From Bacteroidota bacterium (GTDB lineage Bacteria > Bacteroidota > Ignavibacteria > UBA10030 > SZUA-254): a stretch of DNA of 64,000 nt. The first letter of the stretch is position 1, and each line of letters begins with the position of its first letter. The stretch spans positions 6,331-70,330 of the forward strand of contig JAGVIE010000020.1 in the NCBI GenBank assembly GCA_020056225.1, given 5' to 3'. A model generated the notes under the pieces. The model saw only the letters and a program-made list of their open reading frames with translations, had not been told where the DNA came from and searched no databases. Positions 50,223 through 60,400 of the stretch are shown piece after piece. The position numbers and the translations under genes are program-made.

Positions 50223-51605
50223 ATGAAACTTTCTTTTCACATACTGAAAGCACACCTGGGACCGTTTCTGTTTGCTTTCATCACCCTCATGTTTGTTTTC
50301 CTGTTACAATTTCTGATGAGGGCAGTGAACCAGCTTGTTGGAAAAGGATTAAGCGCCTGGGTTATCGGCGAATTAATCGTGGTGAGTCTTGCGTCTATGG
50401 TCGTGCTTGCGGTACCGATGGCAGTTCTCGTCGCAACACTTATGGCGTTTGGGAAACTCTCGTCTCAAAATGAAATTACGGCAATGAAGGCGAGCGGAAT
50501 AAGTCTTTACCGTATGATGTCAACGGTTGTTTTCGCATCGCTAATTCTTACATTCCTCCTGATTGAATTTGATAATAAAATACTACCCGAAGCGAACCAT
50601 CGGTTTAAAGTTTTAATGATAGATATCCGCCGGACAAAGCCGACCTTATCGATAGTTGCCGGAATGTTTTCACAGGATCTGCCGGGGTATTCCATACTTG
50701 CCCACAAAACATTCGAACAATCGAATGACCTCGAGGGTGTTACCATCTACGATTACACAGATCCAAACACAAATGTAGTCGTGACAGGCGAACGTGGAAA
50801 AGTTTCTTTCACGCCGGATTACCGGAGGCTGATTATGGATCTCTACAACGGCGAAATTCATCGCGTAGATGTACGTGACAGAAGTACATACCGAAAGATG
50901 AAATACGTACGTCACCGTATTGTGATGAACGCAGAGGGATTCGACTTCGAGCGATCGAGCCTGAATGCTTTCGACCGTAGTGACCGTGAGCTCAGCGCAC
51001 AGGATATGCAGATAATCGTCGACAGTTTGAGAAAAGTCAACGCCGCTATGTTCAATGAAATGTTTGACGATGCAGCAGTGCCAATGGCGATGATACCGGA
51101 TCCGAGAACATCTATCAGGATGAGGGATACAACCCTTTCATCTCGACAACGCATAGTCGCCATCGCTCTTAATAAAGCCCGTATGATGCTCGGCAACATA
51201 AATCGGCAAATTCAATTCAGCGAATATAACAACCGCCGCATCGACGAATACCTGGTTGAAATCAATAAAAAATATTCTATACCGGCGGCTTGTTTTGTCT
51301 TTCTTTTCATCGGTGCACCGCTCGGTATTATTGCCCGGCGTGGAACATTCGGGGTGGCAGCGACATTCAGCCTAGGATTTTTTATTTTATATTGGGCTGC
51401 CCTCATCGGCGGGGAAAAGCTTGCCGACCGCGGGTTCCTCAGTCCATGGCTGGGCATGTGGATGGCGAATATTTTTCTTTTCATCCTGGGCGTTTATCTT
51501 ACCTTCAGGATTGGTCGTGAAGCTCCGGCAATCAATTGGTCGGCACTACGGCGGTTTATACCGAAATCTTTCCGAACACCCGAATCACAATCGGTCGACG
51601 AATAA
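50223..51605 (+). CDS. LptF/LptG-family LPS export permease (with extended periplasmic domain)
   Basis: 460 aa reading MKLSFHILKAHLGPFLFAFITLMFVFLLQFLM..., the YjgP/YjgQ topology. It has a large periplasmic β-jellyroll region and C-terminal TM helices. Confidence 0.8.
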   Translation: MKLSFHILKAHLGPFLFAFITLMFVFLLQFLMRAVNQLVGKGLSAWVIGELIVVSLASMVVLAVPMAVLVATLMAFGKLSSQNEITAMKASGISLYRMMSTVVFASLILTFLLIEFDNKILPEANHRFKVLMIDIRRTKPTLSIVAGMFSQDLPGYSILAHKTFEQSNDLEGVTIYDYTDPNTNVVVTGERGKVSFTPDYRRLIMDLYNGEIHRVDVRDRSTYRKMKYVRHRIVMNAEGFDFERSSLNAFDRSDRELSAQDMQIIVDSLRKVNAAMFNEMFDDAAVPMAMIPDPRTSIRMRDTTLSSRQRIVAIALNKARMMLGNINRQIQFSEYNNRRIDEYLVEINKKYSIPAACFVFLFIGAPLGIIARRGTFGVAATFSLGFFILYWAALIGGEKLADRGFLSPWLGMWMANIFLFILGVYLTFRIGREAPAINWSALRRFIPKSFRTPESQSVDE

Positions 51606-52694
51606 ATGATGACAAGATTAGATCGATACATAATTCGGCAATTTATTTTAACTGCTTTCTTCTCGCTTTTTGCCATCACCATTATCTTTGTCGCTGTTAA
51701 CTTAATGGACAACCTTGATGATTTCCTAGATCTCAACGCATCAGTAGGCAAGATCGCGGCATACTATTTATACTTCATACCTGAAATAATTAAACTCATG
51801 ACACCGGTGGCTATGCTTCTTTCTGCTTTATTCACAACCGGACGTCTATCCACATACAATGAGCTGACTGCGTTAAAATCCGGCGGTGTAAGTTTATACC
51901 GTTTCATGTTGCCAATGATTGTGTTTGCAGTTTTCGTAAGCGGCGTGTCAATCTATTTTAACGGATGGGTAGTGCCTTTTGCAAACAAGAAGAAAATTGA
52001 AATCGGGCGGGTTTATTTTCAAAAAGATATAGAGTATGTATCGAAGAACAACATTTTTATCCAGGACTCACGCACGCGGATTATTTCTATTAGTATCTTC
52101 GACGACACACGGAACGTTGCGATTCACGTCAGCATACAGGATTTTGATCCGGGAAATTTATCGGTTATTGCCGCGCGATACGATGCAAATGAAATGCGCT
52201 GGGATCCTGCGGCGAAACAGTGGACTTTATTTCAAGGCTTCGAACGACGATTCAATAATGACACAGAAACCCTCAGATCATTCGATTCATTATTCATCGG
52301 GGTACTTAATTTTTCACCGGATGATATCCGCAAGAAACAGGAAAAGCCGGAGGAAATGAACTACAACGATTTGAAAAAATTCATCGCCAATCAACAGCGT
52401 GCCGGACAGGATGTATCAAGATGGCTGGTCGATTATTACGGTAAGATCGCATTCCCATTCGCGAGCGTCATCGTTATTTTGTTTGGAATTCCATTCTCAT
52501 CGATCAAGAGACGCAGCGGGCTCGGAGTTGAAGCCGGCATTGCAATCGGCATATCATTTCTTTATATGATATTTTTGCAAATTAGTCAGGCTTTCGGTTA
52601 CAACGGAGATATGCACCCGCTTTTGACTGCCTGGCTTGCAAATATTATTTTCTTCATGGCAGGAATATACGTTCTTTGGCGCGTCCCAAAGTAG
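51606..52694 (+). CDS. LptF/LptG-family LPS export permease (second paralog)
   Basis: 362 aa reading MMTRLDRYIIRQFILTAFFSLFAITIIFVAVNLMDNLDDF.... Its start overlaps the upstream stop (TAAATG). Confidence 0.8.
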   Translation: MMTRLDRYIIRQFILTAFFSLFAITIIFVAVNLMDNLDDFLDLNASVGKIAAYYLYFIPEIIKLMTPVAMLLSALFTTGRLSTYNELTALKSGGVSLYRFMLPMIVFAVFVSGVSIYFNGWVVPFANKKKIEIGRVYFQKDIEYVSKNNIFIQDSRTRIISISIFDDTRNVAIHVSIQDFDPGNLSVIAARYDANEMRWDPAAKQWTLFQGFERRFNNDTETLRSFDSLFIGVLNFSPDDIRKKQEKPEEMNYNDLKKFIANQQRAGQDVSRWLVDYYGKIAFPFASVIVILFGIPFSSIKRRSGLGVEAGIAIGISFLYMIFLQISQAFGYNGDMHPLLTAWLANIIFFMAGIYVLWRVPK

Positions 52695-52772
52695 AGATTA
52701 TTTTTTCTTGAGATTGCAATCACCGGTGCAGTAATTTTATTACTTCGAGATAATCCCGATGTGAATCTCGGA

Positions 52773-53687
52773 TTAGAATGAATATTGAAAATCTGCCCGC
52801 GCCCCGGGGAGATAACCGTACGGAGTTTTATACATTTCCATCCTTACCGATGCGTGAAGTGCTTTATTATATCGCGTCGCCGTCCATGCGGCATCAAGTG
52901 CGCTGAGAATATGATTCACGATGATAACCGATACGAATGCGTCGGCAACCTTGTAATATTTATCTGCCTGGTTAAACATTGCAAAATAATCATAATATTG
53001 CTGGTTGGGTGTCATATAATCCGCTTCGTTCGGATCTTCAGAATCCCACCCCTTGCTGAATTGCCGGTATTTTCCTATCAGTTCGTAGTATTGCTGTTCA
53101 CCAAAATATTCCAGCTTATGTGTAAAGCCTTCTGTATTCATATCGTTTTCCAATTTATTTAATTCAGCCCAGTTCAGACATGGATAAGGCGGCTTGCAAT
53201 TATCATCCGGCGGATCAGGATTGAAAAGCTTATAGTTGTCCATATTCAAAGTATTATTATAATATTTTGCATTATTGCGAAGCCACTCGGCATAACGAAC
53301 CGGGCTGTAATGTTCGTTAGCATAATTTTTGAAGAGAGTCGTCTGATCGTTTCCTTTTTTATCGTAAACCAATGCGGTGATCCATGACCCGACCTCAACA
53401 CCGAAAAATATTCCCGCTTTCACATAACTTTTAGAGTAAAACTCACCGGCGCCGGGAACCGCCAGCGAAAGTAAGCCCGCTATCCATGGAGATTTTTCTC
53501 CGTCGGGATTCGGTTCGAACTCCTGCAAGTTGAGATTCGGCTGTTGTGATATTAACTCGTTGGGTACAGACTTCGGGCTGCCGAAGAAATCAACTTTCGG
53601 GTTACCCGTGAGATATAGCTGCTGCTTTTCACCAGCCGTTACCAGAGTTGTGAAAATTAATATCATAATAAATATTTTATATCTCAT
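52773..53687 (-). CDS. Hypothetical secreted protein (last gene of a four-gene coupled operon)
   Basis: 304 aa with a signal peptide MRYKIFIMILIFTTLVTAG. A hydrophobic segment IAGLLSLAVPGAGEFY follows. The protein is Tyr/Asn/Asp-rich with no recognisable family. Confidence 0.4.
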   Translation of the reverse strand: MRYKIFIMILIFTTLVTAGEKQQLYLTGNPKVDFFGSPKSVPNELISQQPNLNLQEFEPNPDGEKSPWIAGLLSLAVPGAGEFYSKSYVKAGIFFGVEVGSWITALVYDKKGNDQTTLFKNYANEHYSPVRYAEWLRNNAKYYNNTLNMDNYKLFNPDPPDDNCKPPYPCLNWAELNKLENDMNTEGFTHKLEYFGEQQYYELIGKYRQFSKGWDSEDPNEADYMTPNQQYYDYFAMFNQADKYYKVADAFVSVIIVNHILSALDAAWTATRYNKALHASVRMEMYKTPYGYLPGARADFQYSF

Positions 53688-53704
53688 TGAGCATTCCTTC
53701 TTTA

Positions 53705-56700
53705 TTAGTCTAGGTCAAAGCCGAATAAAACACCGAAGTGAAAATTCCACTCCCTGCCGTAGGTAACCACTTTGTTAGAGTTTTCAATTGTATAATCAAA
53801 CTTATCGAAGCCGTATGTTGCATTTAAAAAGATTCTTGTAGGGAAAGCATAGTAGGAAAAAGCTTCGATTCGTAGTTCAACGCCCGCATCTTTTTTCCAT
53901 TTACGATTTTTCAATCCGCCCCCCGTCCACGCGCTTCCGGCATCGCCATAGACCGAAGCATAGAGACTGTTGAATTGCATCTGCAAAAAACGGAGATCGA
54001 TATTTTCAAGCAGCGGGAACCTGTAAGTTAGATTTGCCATCGCAAATTCATTCCCTCCGAGCGAATAGAACGAATACCCCTTCATGCCGGCGAGTCCGCC
54101 AATATAAAAATTAAAGAAATTATCCACCGGCGGACCGAAGATAGTACCACCGCGTAGATGCGCAGACAATGTATGTTTCCATGCAGGAAGTTTAATAGAT
54201 TCCCGCCATCCAATCTCCAAACGATTGAAATTTATGTGTTCATATTTTGCGACTAAAACACCGTTCTTCACATCATACTCGCCGCTTGGATTGAATTTAT
54301 TGAATTCATGTTCATATCGTAAACGGATTTTCCTTCCTACCGGATTGATTTCCGATGTCTTAGACGGCAATATCCCGTCGTATCTCAATGTGAGCGAAAG
54401 ATTATTCCCGACCAAATAAAGCTCGCTGAATGCAGGGAATAGACCTCCGGGTAAATCGAATTCTCCTATCGTTGCCGTATATCTACTATGAGCATACCGT
54501 AATTCTGCATCAAGTCGCTCATTTAGAATTTTTTGTTTGAGCGCTACATCAAACTCGATTAAATTATAAGAAATACCAAGCTTGATAGTATCGATAGGCA
54601 AAGCAATATACGAATCTGTTTTACGTGTAATGTTGTACGCTTCCAATGATAGCGCAGGCTCCAATCCGAGCTGATAAAGTCCCGGTATCTTCCCGCGATA
54701 ATCGAATGTGAAAAAGACATCACGTTCACCTTTTAAATTCATCGCGCCGCCCGCGAAGAAACCGTACCGGTCCAAGACATCGTACGAGTACGCATATAAT
54801 CCTAACTTGATAACATCGATTCCTTTATTCTTCGGATTATAATTATCTACACGTAATAACGGGACGAAAGCTAAACCCGTGGAAATGTTTTTATACGTCG
54901 TGTCCTTGAATGCCGGAATCTGAATGTCGTCATATGATCGCAGTTTTTTCCAATCCATCTGCAAATTTTCATTCTCAACCGATGCTAACGCTCCTGCATT
55001 CGCCTGAATATAATTACCGGGATTCTGGAGCGACTGCACACTGTCAAGCAGCGCTATTATAAAACCGCCGGATGCGTACGAGGCAAAAGCGATACTACCT
55101 TCATTACTAACGGTGGGCATAAATGTTCCGCCAAATACATTAGTGAGCTGAACGGAGGTTTTAGCCAATAGATCGTATTCATATATATTGAAGATGCCGG
55201 TTTTGTCGGATGAATATATTATACGATTCCCATCCGATGTAAACACGGCATTACGTTCATCCGATGAAGTATTCAAAATAAATTTTACCTCACCGCCATC
55301 AGCAGGAATAATTGTGATGTCTCGTCCGTCGCGTACCGAGTAATCAAAAATTATCGATCTGCCGTCGGGTGACCATTTAGGATTATAAACCTGCTCGCCG
55401 TTTTGGTAAGCGGTAAGCTTCTTAACATTTTTGCCGTCGATATCCGAAGTGAAAAGATTGATGGTTCCGTCACTCGCGATTACAAATGCAATTGTTTTCC
55501 CATCGGGTGATACTGCCGGAGACCCTGCACGCAAACCGTTGGTCAGGCGTGTCTCCTCATCCTGCTCGATATCGTAGACATAGAGATCGAAAACATTAGC
55601 CCAATGCGGGTTATCTTTGCTGATTTTTGAGTAATAGATTTTCTTTCCGTCCGGTGACCATGAGAGATTCGACCGTACTCCATGCATGAGGAGTTTCTCT
55701 GTCTTCGATAAAATATCATACAAATATAGAGAGGATGAACCGAAGTAATCTCCATTTTTATTGCTTATAAAAATTATTTTCTTCCCATCCGGTGAGAAAG
55801 TCGGATAGAAATTTGCAAATCCCTCACTCGCGATCATTTCACCATCGATGATATTAGTTTTTATCGGAGCAACTCTGTCTGCATAATCTTTTCGAAGAAA
55901 TTCTTTCCACTCGGCATATAATTCTTTTCCGCTCTTGCCGATAGCTTTTTCTATCGCACCATCGATTGAAACTGCCGTCAGCGATGATAGATGCTCGGAA
56001 ATTTCGCGCAGTTTGTCTTCACCGTAATGTTTCGCCAAATAGCTGACGAGTGAATATCCGGAATTGTACGATGATTCATTGCCAAGGCTTGTCTTCCCGA
56101 AAACCGACATCTCATTCCATGTGAGTAATTTATCTTCAAGCGCGTACATCCGGAGAATCATATCTCTATGAGAATCCCACGATTCATATCCGAATTCTTT
56201 CCGGTTATATTGAGCAACGCCTTCGGCAAACCATACAGGAACGACGAATCCCGAAATCGGATATGAAACGATTCCGTTGGGATAGCCATAAAGTACATCC
56301 GTACGTCTTTCAGACTCATATTGCAGCCATTGTAAATAAATGGCAGGGACCTTTCGTCCGAATTTCAATGCTGTTTGAATTTGAATGAGGTGTGTGTATT
56401 CGTGCGAGATAACGTTGCGCAGCCAATTGTGTGTTCCTCGTAAATCATAATCGAGCGCTGATGACCAAATTTCAATTTTGTTATCGAAGAAATATGTAGC
56501 TCCGTTGGAAAAATCATCATAATCTTTAATGATGAAGCTAACTCTACCTTCCGGTTTGTAGTGATAGAGTGATGTTATCGGCTCATATATTTCTTCCGCG
56601 ATCTTTGCCGTTATTCGGGCGGTGCGTTCGGTACCTGTATGGTAATGTACATAAAAATGATCGGTCTGTATTGTACGCCATTCCAATTCCAGATGATAAA

Positions 56701-56779
56701 ATTCTTCCTGTGCGGTAATTTTCCCGATGATGAGAAGAAGAAGAATTGCGGATAACCAGTGTCTCATAATATTTTTCAT
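53705..56779 (-). CDS. Large secreted/outer-membrane multidomain protein with an HEXXH-motif N-domain, PD40/TolB-like β-propeller repeats and a C-terminal Omp85-like β-barrel-type region
   Basis: 1024 aa with a signal peptide. It has an intact VISHEYTHLIQ (HExxH). There are at least five PD40-type repeats (SPDGKKIIFISNKNGD, SWSPDGKKIYYSK, SPAVSPDGKTIAFV, KWSPDGRSIIFDYS, FTSDGNRIIYSSDKTG). The C-terminal 400 aa has alternating β pattern and ends ...EWNFHFGVLFGFDLD. Confidence 0.5.
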   Translation of the reverse strand: MKNIMRHWLSAILLLLIIGKITAQEEFYHLELEWRTIQTDHFYVHYHTGTERTARITAKIAEEIYEPITSLYHYKPEGRVSFIIKDYDDFSNGATYFFDNKIEIWSSALDYDLRGTHNWLRNVISHEYTHLIQIQTALKFGRKVPAIYLQWLQYESERRTDVLYGYPNGIVSYPISGFVVPVWFAEGVAQYNRKEFGYESWDSHRDMILRMYALEDKLLTWNEMSVFGKTSLGNESSYNSGYSLVSYLAKHYGEDKLREISEHLSSLTAVSIDGAIEKAIGKSGKELYAEWKEFLRKDYADRVAPIKTNIIDGEMIASEGFANFYPTFSPDGKKIIFISNKNGDYFGSSSLYLYDILSKTEKLLMHGVRSNLSWSPDGKKIYYSKISKDNPHWANVFDLYVYDIEQDEETRLTNGLRAGSPAVSPDGKTIAFVIASDGTINLFTSDIDGKNVKKLTAYQNGEQVYNPKWSPDGRSIIFDYSVRDGRDITIIPADGGEVKFILNTSSDERNAVFTSDGNRIIYSSDKTGIFNIYEYDLLAKTSVQLTNVFGGTFMPTVSNEGSIAFASYASGGFIIALLDSVQSLQNPGNYIQANAGALASVENENLQMDWKKLRSYDDIQIPAFKDTTYKNISTGLAFVPLLRVDNYNPKNKGIDVIKLGLYAYSYDVLDRYGFFAGGAMNLKGERDVFFTFDYRGKIPGLYQLGLEPALSLEAYNITRKTDSYIALPIDTIKLGISYNLIEFDVALKQKILNERLDAELRYAHSRYTATIGEFDLPGGLFPAFSELYLVGNNLSLTLRYDGILPSKTSEINPVGRKIRLRYEHEFNKFNPSGEYDVKNGVLVAKYEHINFNRLEIGWRESIKLPAWKHTLSAHLRGGTIFGPPVDNFFNFYIGGLAGMKGYSFYSLGGNEFAMANLTYRFPLLENIDLRFLQMQFNSLYASVYGDAGSAWTGGGLKNRKWKKDAGVELRIEAFSYYAFPTRIFLNATYGFDKFDYTIENSNKVVTYGREWNFHFGVLFGFDLD

Positions 56780-57444
56780 AGGATAAACGTACCGTTCGTA
56801 ACTCTATCGTTAAATAACTTGATTGAGTCGTATATAACGCTGCGATCTGGAAGTTGTAATTTAAGTTTTATCATCGGTAATATTTTATAAACAGCTTTGA
56901 AAGTATCTGGCGAATCATAATAATCGAACTCTTTGCCGATGGGCAAATTATTGCGCTCGATTGTAAACTTTCCTCTTCTGTCCGTTGTATCAGTTCGTCT
57001 GCCATCGAGAACAACCGGCGAATATTTTACAACGGCTGTATCGATATAATACCGGATTAAATACATTCCGCTTCCAACCGGACGATACATCCAATCTAAA
57101 CCGTCCCACCAAATGCGCCGGATCGGTCCGGTACGGTGCCAGAATCCGAGAAAGATCGTACTGATGAAATCGTGCTCTAAAGTAAATACGGTTATATCCA
57201 CAACTTTCATAGAATCGGTAACGATCACTTGCTGTGTGTCGGTCGGCAGTGCGGCAACAGAATCATAATAATAATAAAGTGAAACCGCCAAATCTTGTAT
57301 CGCTATTCCGCTGGAATCTATAACAATTCCATTAAATTGATACTTAGTTGCAGAAGATGATTCAGTGTATGGCTCGATCTCCCGACATGAAAGCGTAATC
57401 ACACACAATAAACCGGCAACAACATACCGCACAAAACACCTCAC
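56776..57444 (-). CDS. Hypothetical lipoprotein
   Basis: 222 aa. The lipobox-like LLCVITLSC lies in the signal peptide. It is 4-nt coupled to both flanking genes. Confidence 0.4.
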   Translation of the reverse strand: MRCFVRYVVAGLLCVITLSCREIEPYTESSSATKYQFNGIVIDSSGIAIQDLAVSLYYYYDSVAALPTDTQQVIVTDSMKVVDITVFTLEHDFISTIFLGFWHRTGPIRRIWWDGLDWMYRPVGSGMYLIRYYIDTAVVKYSPVVLDGRRTDTTDRRGKFTIERNNLPIGKEFDYYDSPDTFKAVYKILPMIKLKLQLPDRSVIYDSIKLFNDRVTNGTFIL

Positions 57445-60400
57445 TTCACGACAGCTATCTTAATGATCGCATACCCGCTCTTGTTCGATCCGCTCGCATC
57501 GATGTGGACGAAATAAATTCCGCTTTGTATCTTCGAAACGTTCCAAGATATTTCGTTATCGAATCCGCCGTACCCCGGTCCATCGAACTCGGTTACTAAA
57601 TCGCCGGCAGGATCGAAAATCCGAATATGTACTTTAGCATCGTCACTAAGAAAATATCGTATGTAAGTCTTGAAATCGTCCGATGCGCCGACAGGGTTGG
57701 GCCAGTTGTATGCAAGTGCAGTCGGCATAAATTCGTTGCTCTTTGGGACGAGAGGGGATGTTGATTCATCTAAGCCTGTGTTTTGAGCATCGTGCATATA
57801 TTGGGACCACGGCATCATTCGCGCGGTGTCGGAAATTGTTTGTACCGTTCCAGTTCTCCACGCATAAACATACCCGTCATCCGATGCAACTGCTAAACCG
57901 ATTCCGATTCCTGTTGAATCGGCTGGTAAATAAAACGCGGCTGGTGAACCGATGCCACCAAGAACCGGGAACCCGGTTGCCATCTTTCCCGATTTATCGT
58001 ACGCAACAATTAAACCTTCCTGTGTGACAGCCACAATATCGAGCGTGCCATTACCGTCAATATCTGCAACAATTGGAGGTGACCAAATCGATTTATCTGT
58101 AGCAACTTTTATCGGAAAATTATCTAATAAATTTCCGACAGCGTTAATAGTATAAATCTTATTGCCGCTGAATACTATAATATCTTTCTGTCCATCATCA
58201 TCGATATCTGCGAGAGCTGGAGAGAGATAGATTTTACCATTTGTTGATGATGGAAATCCCGGCATGGCGTTCAAATTCTCATCGAGAAGATAAACGAGAC
58301 CATCGTCAGATGCTGTAACAATCATTTTACCGATAGTTGGTGAAATTACGCCTGCTATTACTCCGGGCCATAAATGCTTTGAAAGATTTCGGGATCTAAT
58401 CATTCCTGCTGATGTAAAAATTCCGATTTCACCATAAACACCTGTAATAACAAATTCATCCGGTTGTCTCCAAACGCAGATACCACGGATATAAGAAGAA
58501 TCGGGGAAAGCTACCGAGCTGTGTGTTTCTTGATTTCCGGAACGTTTCATCACCAGAACCAAATTCCCATTTGGAACGCAATAAAAAGAGTCTGACATAA
58601 CTATAGATGAGAAGCCACTGCTTGCGATTTCCCCCTTTGTTAAGTCATCAGCAAGACTATCGTTATTTTGATCCCTCAGCATATAAAAATTAAACCAAGT
58701 CTTTGGTGGGGAAAAGAAAAATGATTCCATACCAACAATACCAAAATCCTGAACTTGATCGGCATTGATATCGCCAACAGCAGGTTTTCCAAAAAACAAT
58801 TTTAGGGTTTGATTTGTTGTTTGAACCAAAATTCCGGATGAATTATAATATGGTTGAATAGCCATACCATTCGTTTGCCATCCTGCAATTATTCCAGGCA
58901 ACGCTGCAATTGTTCCATATGTATTTGCCGCAACCAGTATATCTTTTTGACCATCACCATTCAAGTCGGCAACACTTATAGAATTACCCGCAAATATTCT
59001 TTGAAGATTTTTCGGAAATCCCGCCAACGGTCTAATCACATCATCTCCAACCTTAATTCGCGCCTTCATTATTGAACCGCGGTATGATAATCCGGTGGTA
59101 TCCGAGCTTGTAGTATTACCAATATAAATATGGCTGTTTGCGCCGTAATTACTCCCGCTGCCGGGATATGAAGTCGGCGTAAATGCGTTAAGTTCCTTGC
59201 GAAGCAATGCGCTGTGGCCGCGAAACCAGAAATCCAAAGCCCAGCCATTCTCCGTGCCCGAACCTGATTGAAGAAGATCGTACGACTGCCCTATATCCTG
59301 CGAGCCGTCCGCCTCCATCAGATTTACACCGCGATGTTTGGCATCCGCATTCACCGAATTTGTTCCGAGGTTGGCATCAATCACCACCTCATCGATATGC
59401 CAGATAAGTAAACCACCGTCGTATAATACTTTTGTTTTACTATCAACGCCGCCCGGCAGACTCCAGTCAAATTCATCGACATCGGTGATAACACCGTACA
59501 GCGAATCAGGACGATCGGCGTTGAAACCCGTTGTATCGCGTTCCCAGCTTTTTTCGATCGATTCACCGTTGTAAATCATTTTAATTTTCACACTGTCGCG
59601 GTTTGCATCACGGTTGCGATTTTCAACGAGGAAATATTCCTTCGCGCTTATCAATACCTGGTAGATTGTGTCAACGCTATCTGTCAGCGTGACGGCGGGG
59701 AAATTATATACAGTGTCGCCGGATGAAACAATATTCGGTTGAACCCATCCCAAAAATTTCTTTTCCCATGCGGATGGTTCGGGAGGAAACGCGCCATTCC
59801 AACTGAAAATCGATTGTCCGTCCATCAATCCGAAACGACCGATCCCTGAACGCCCTGTCTTTGTATTGAATAGATCTGGCAAACCAAGATAACTTCCAAC
59901 ACTCGCGGCAAGCAAGCCATTGATGCTTAGGGGAAAAGGAACCTGCTCACGCGTTTCAGTCTCCGGTAAGATCATCGAGTTAGTAATGTTGAATGTCGTG
60001 TTCCCCATAGTTACCGGAAAACCGTTCGACCAATCTGGATTCATTTTTTGCAAACTCTTCCCGTTTAAATAAATCGATGGGATATCGAACGGCGTCGGAT
60101 CGTATCCATAAACATTCACGAGGTCGATGTCTCTGCCGGCTCCGGCATGAAATATCAGAAAAGCATTATACTGACTGTAGGAAATATCGAGCAGATGCAG
60201 TTGAACAAGCGAATCAACCGCGTGCCAGGTATCTCTCATCAAATATCCCAGTTCGATATTATTGGTGCTGGATTTTTGCGGACTGTAAAAACGCATCGGA
60301 TTGGGAACGCGTATAACGCTATCGATCAGAGTTGTATGTACCGCAAGTTTCCCGTCGGATGCTTTTCTAAAATAATTTTCTAAAAAAGTCAGGTGGCTCT

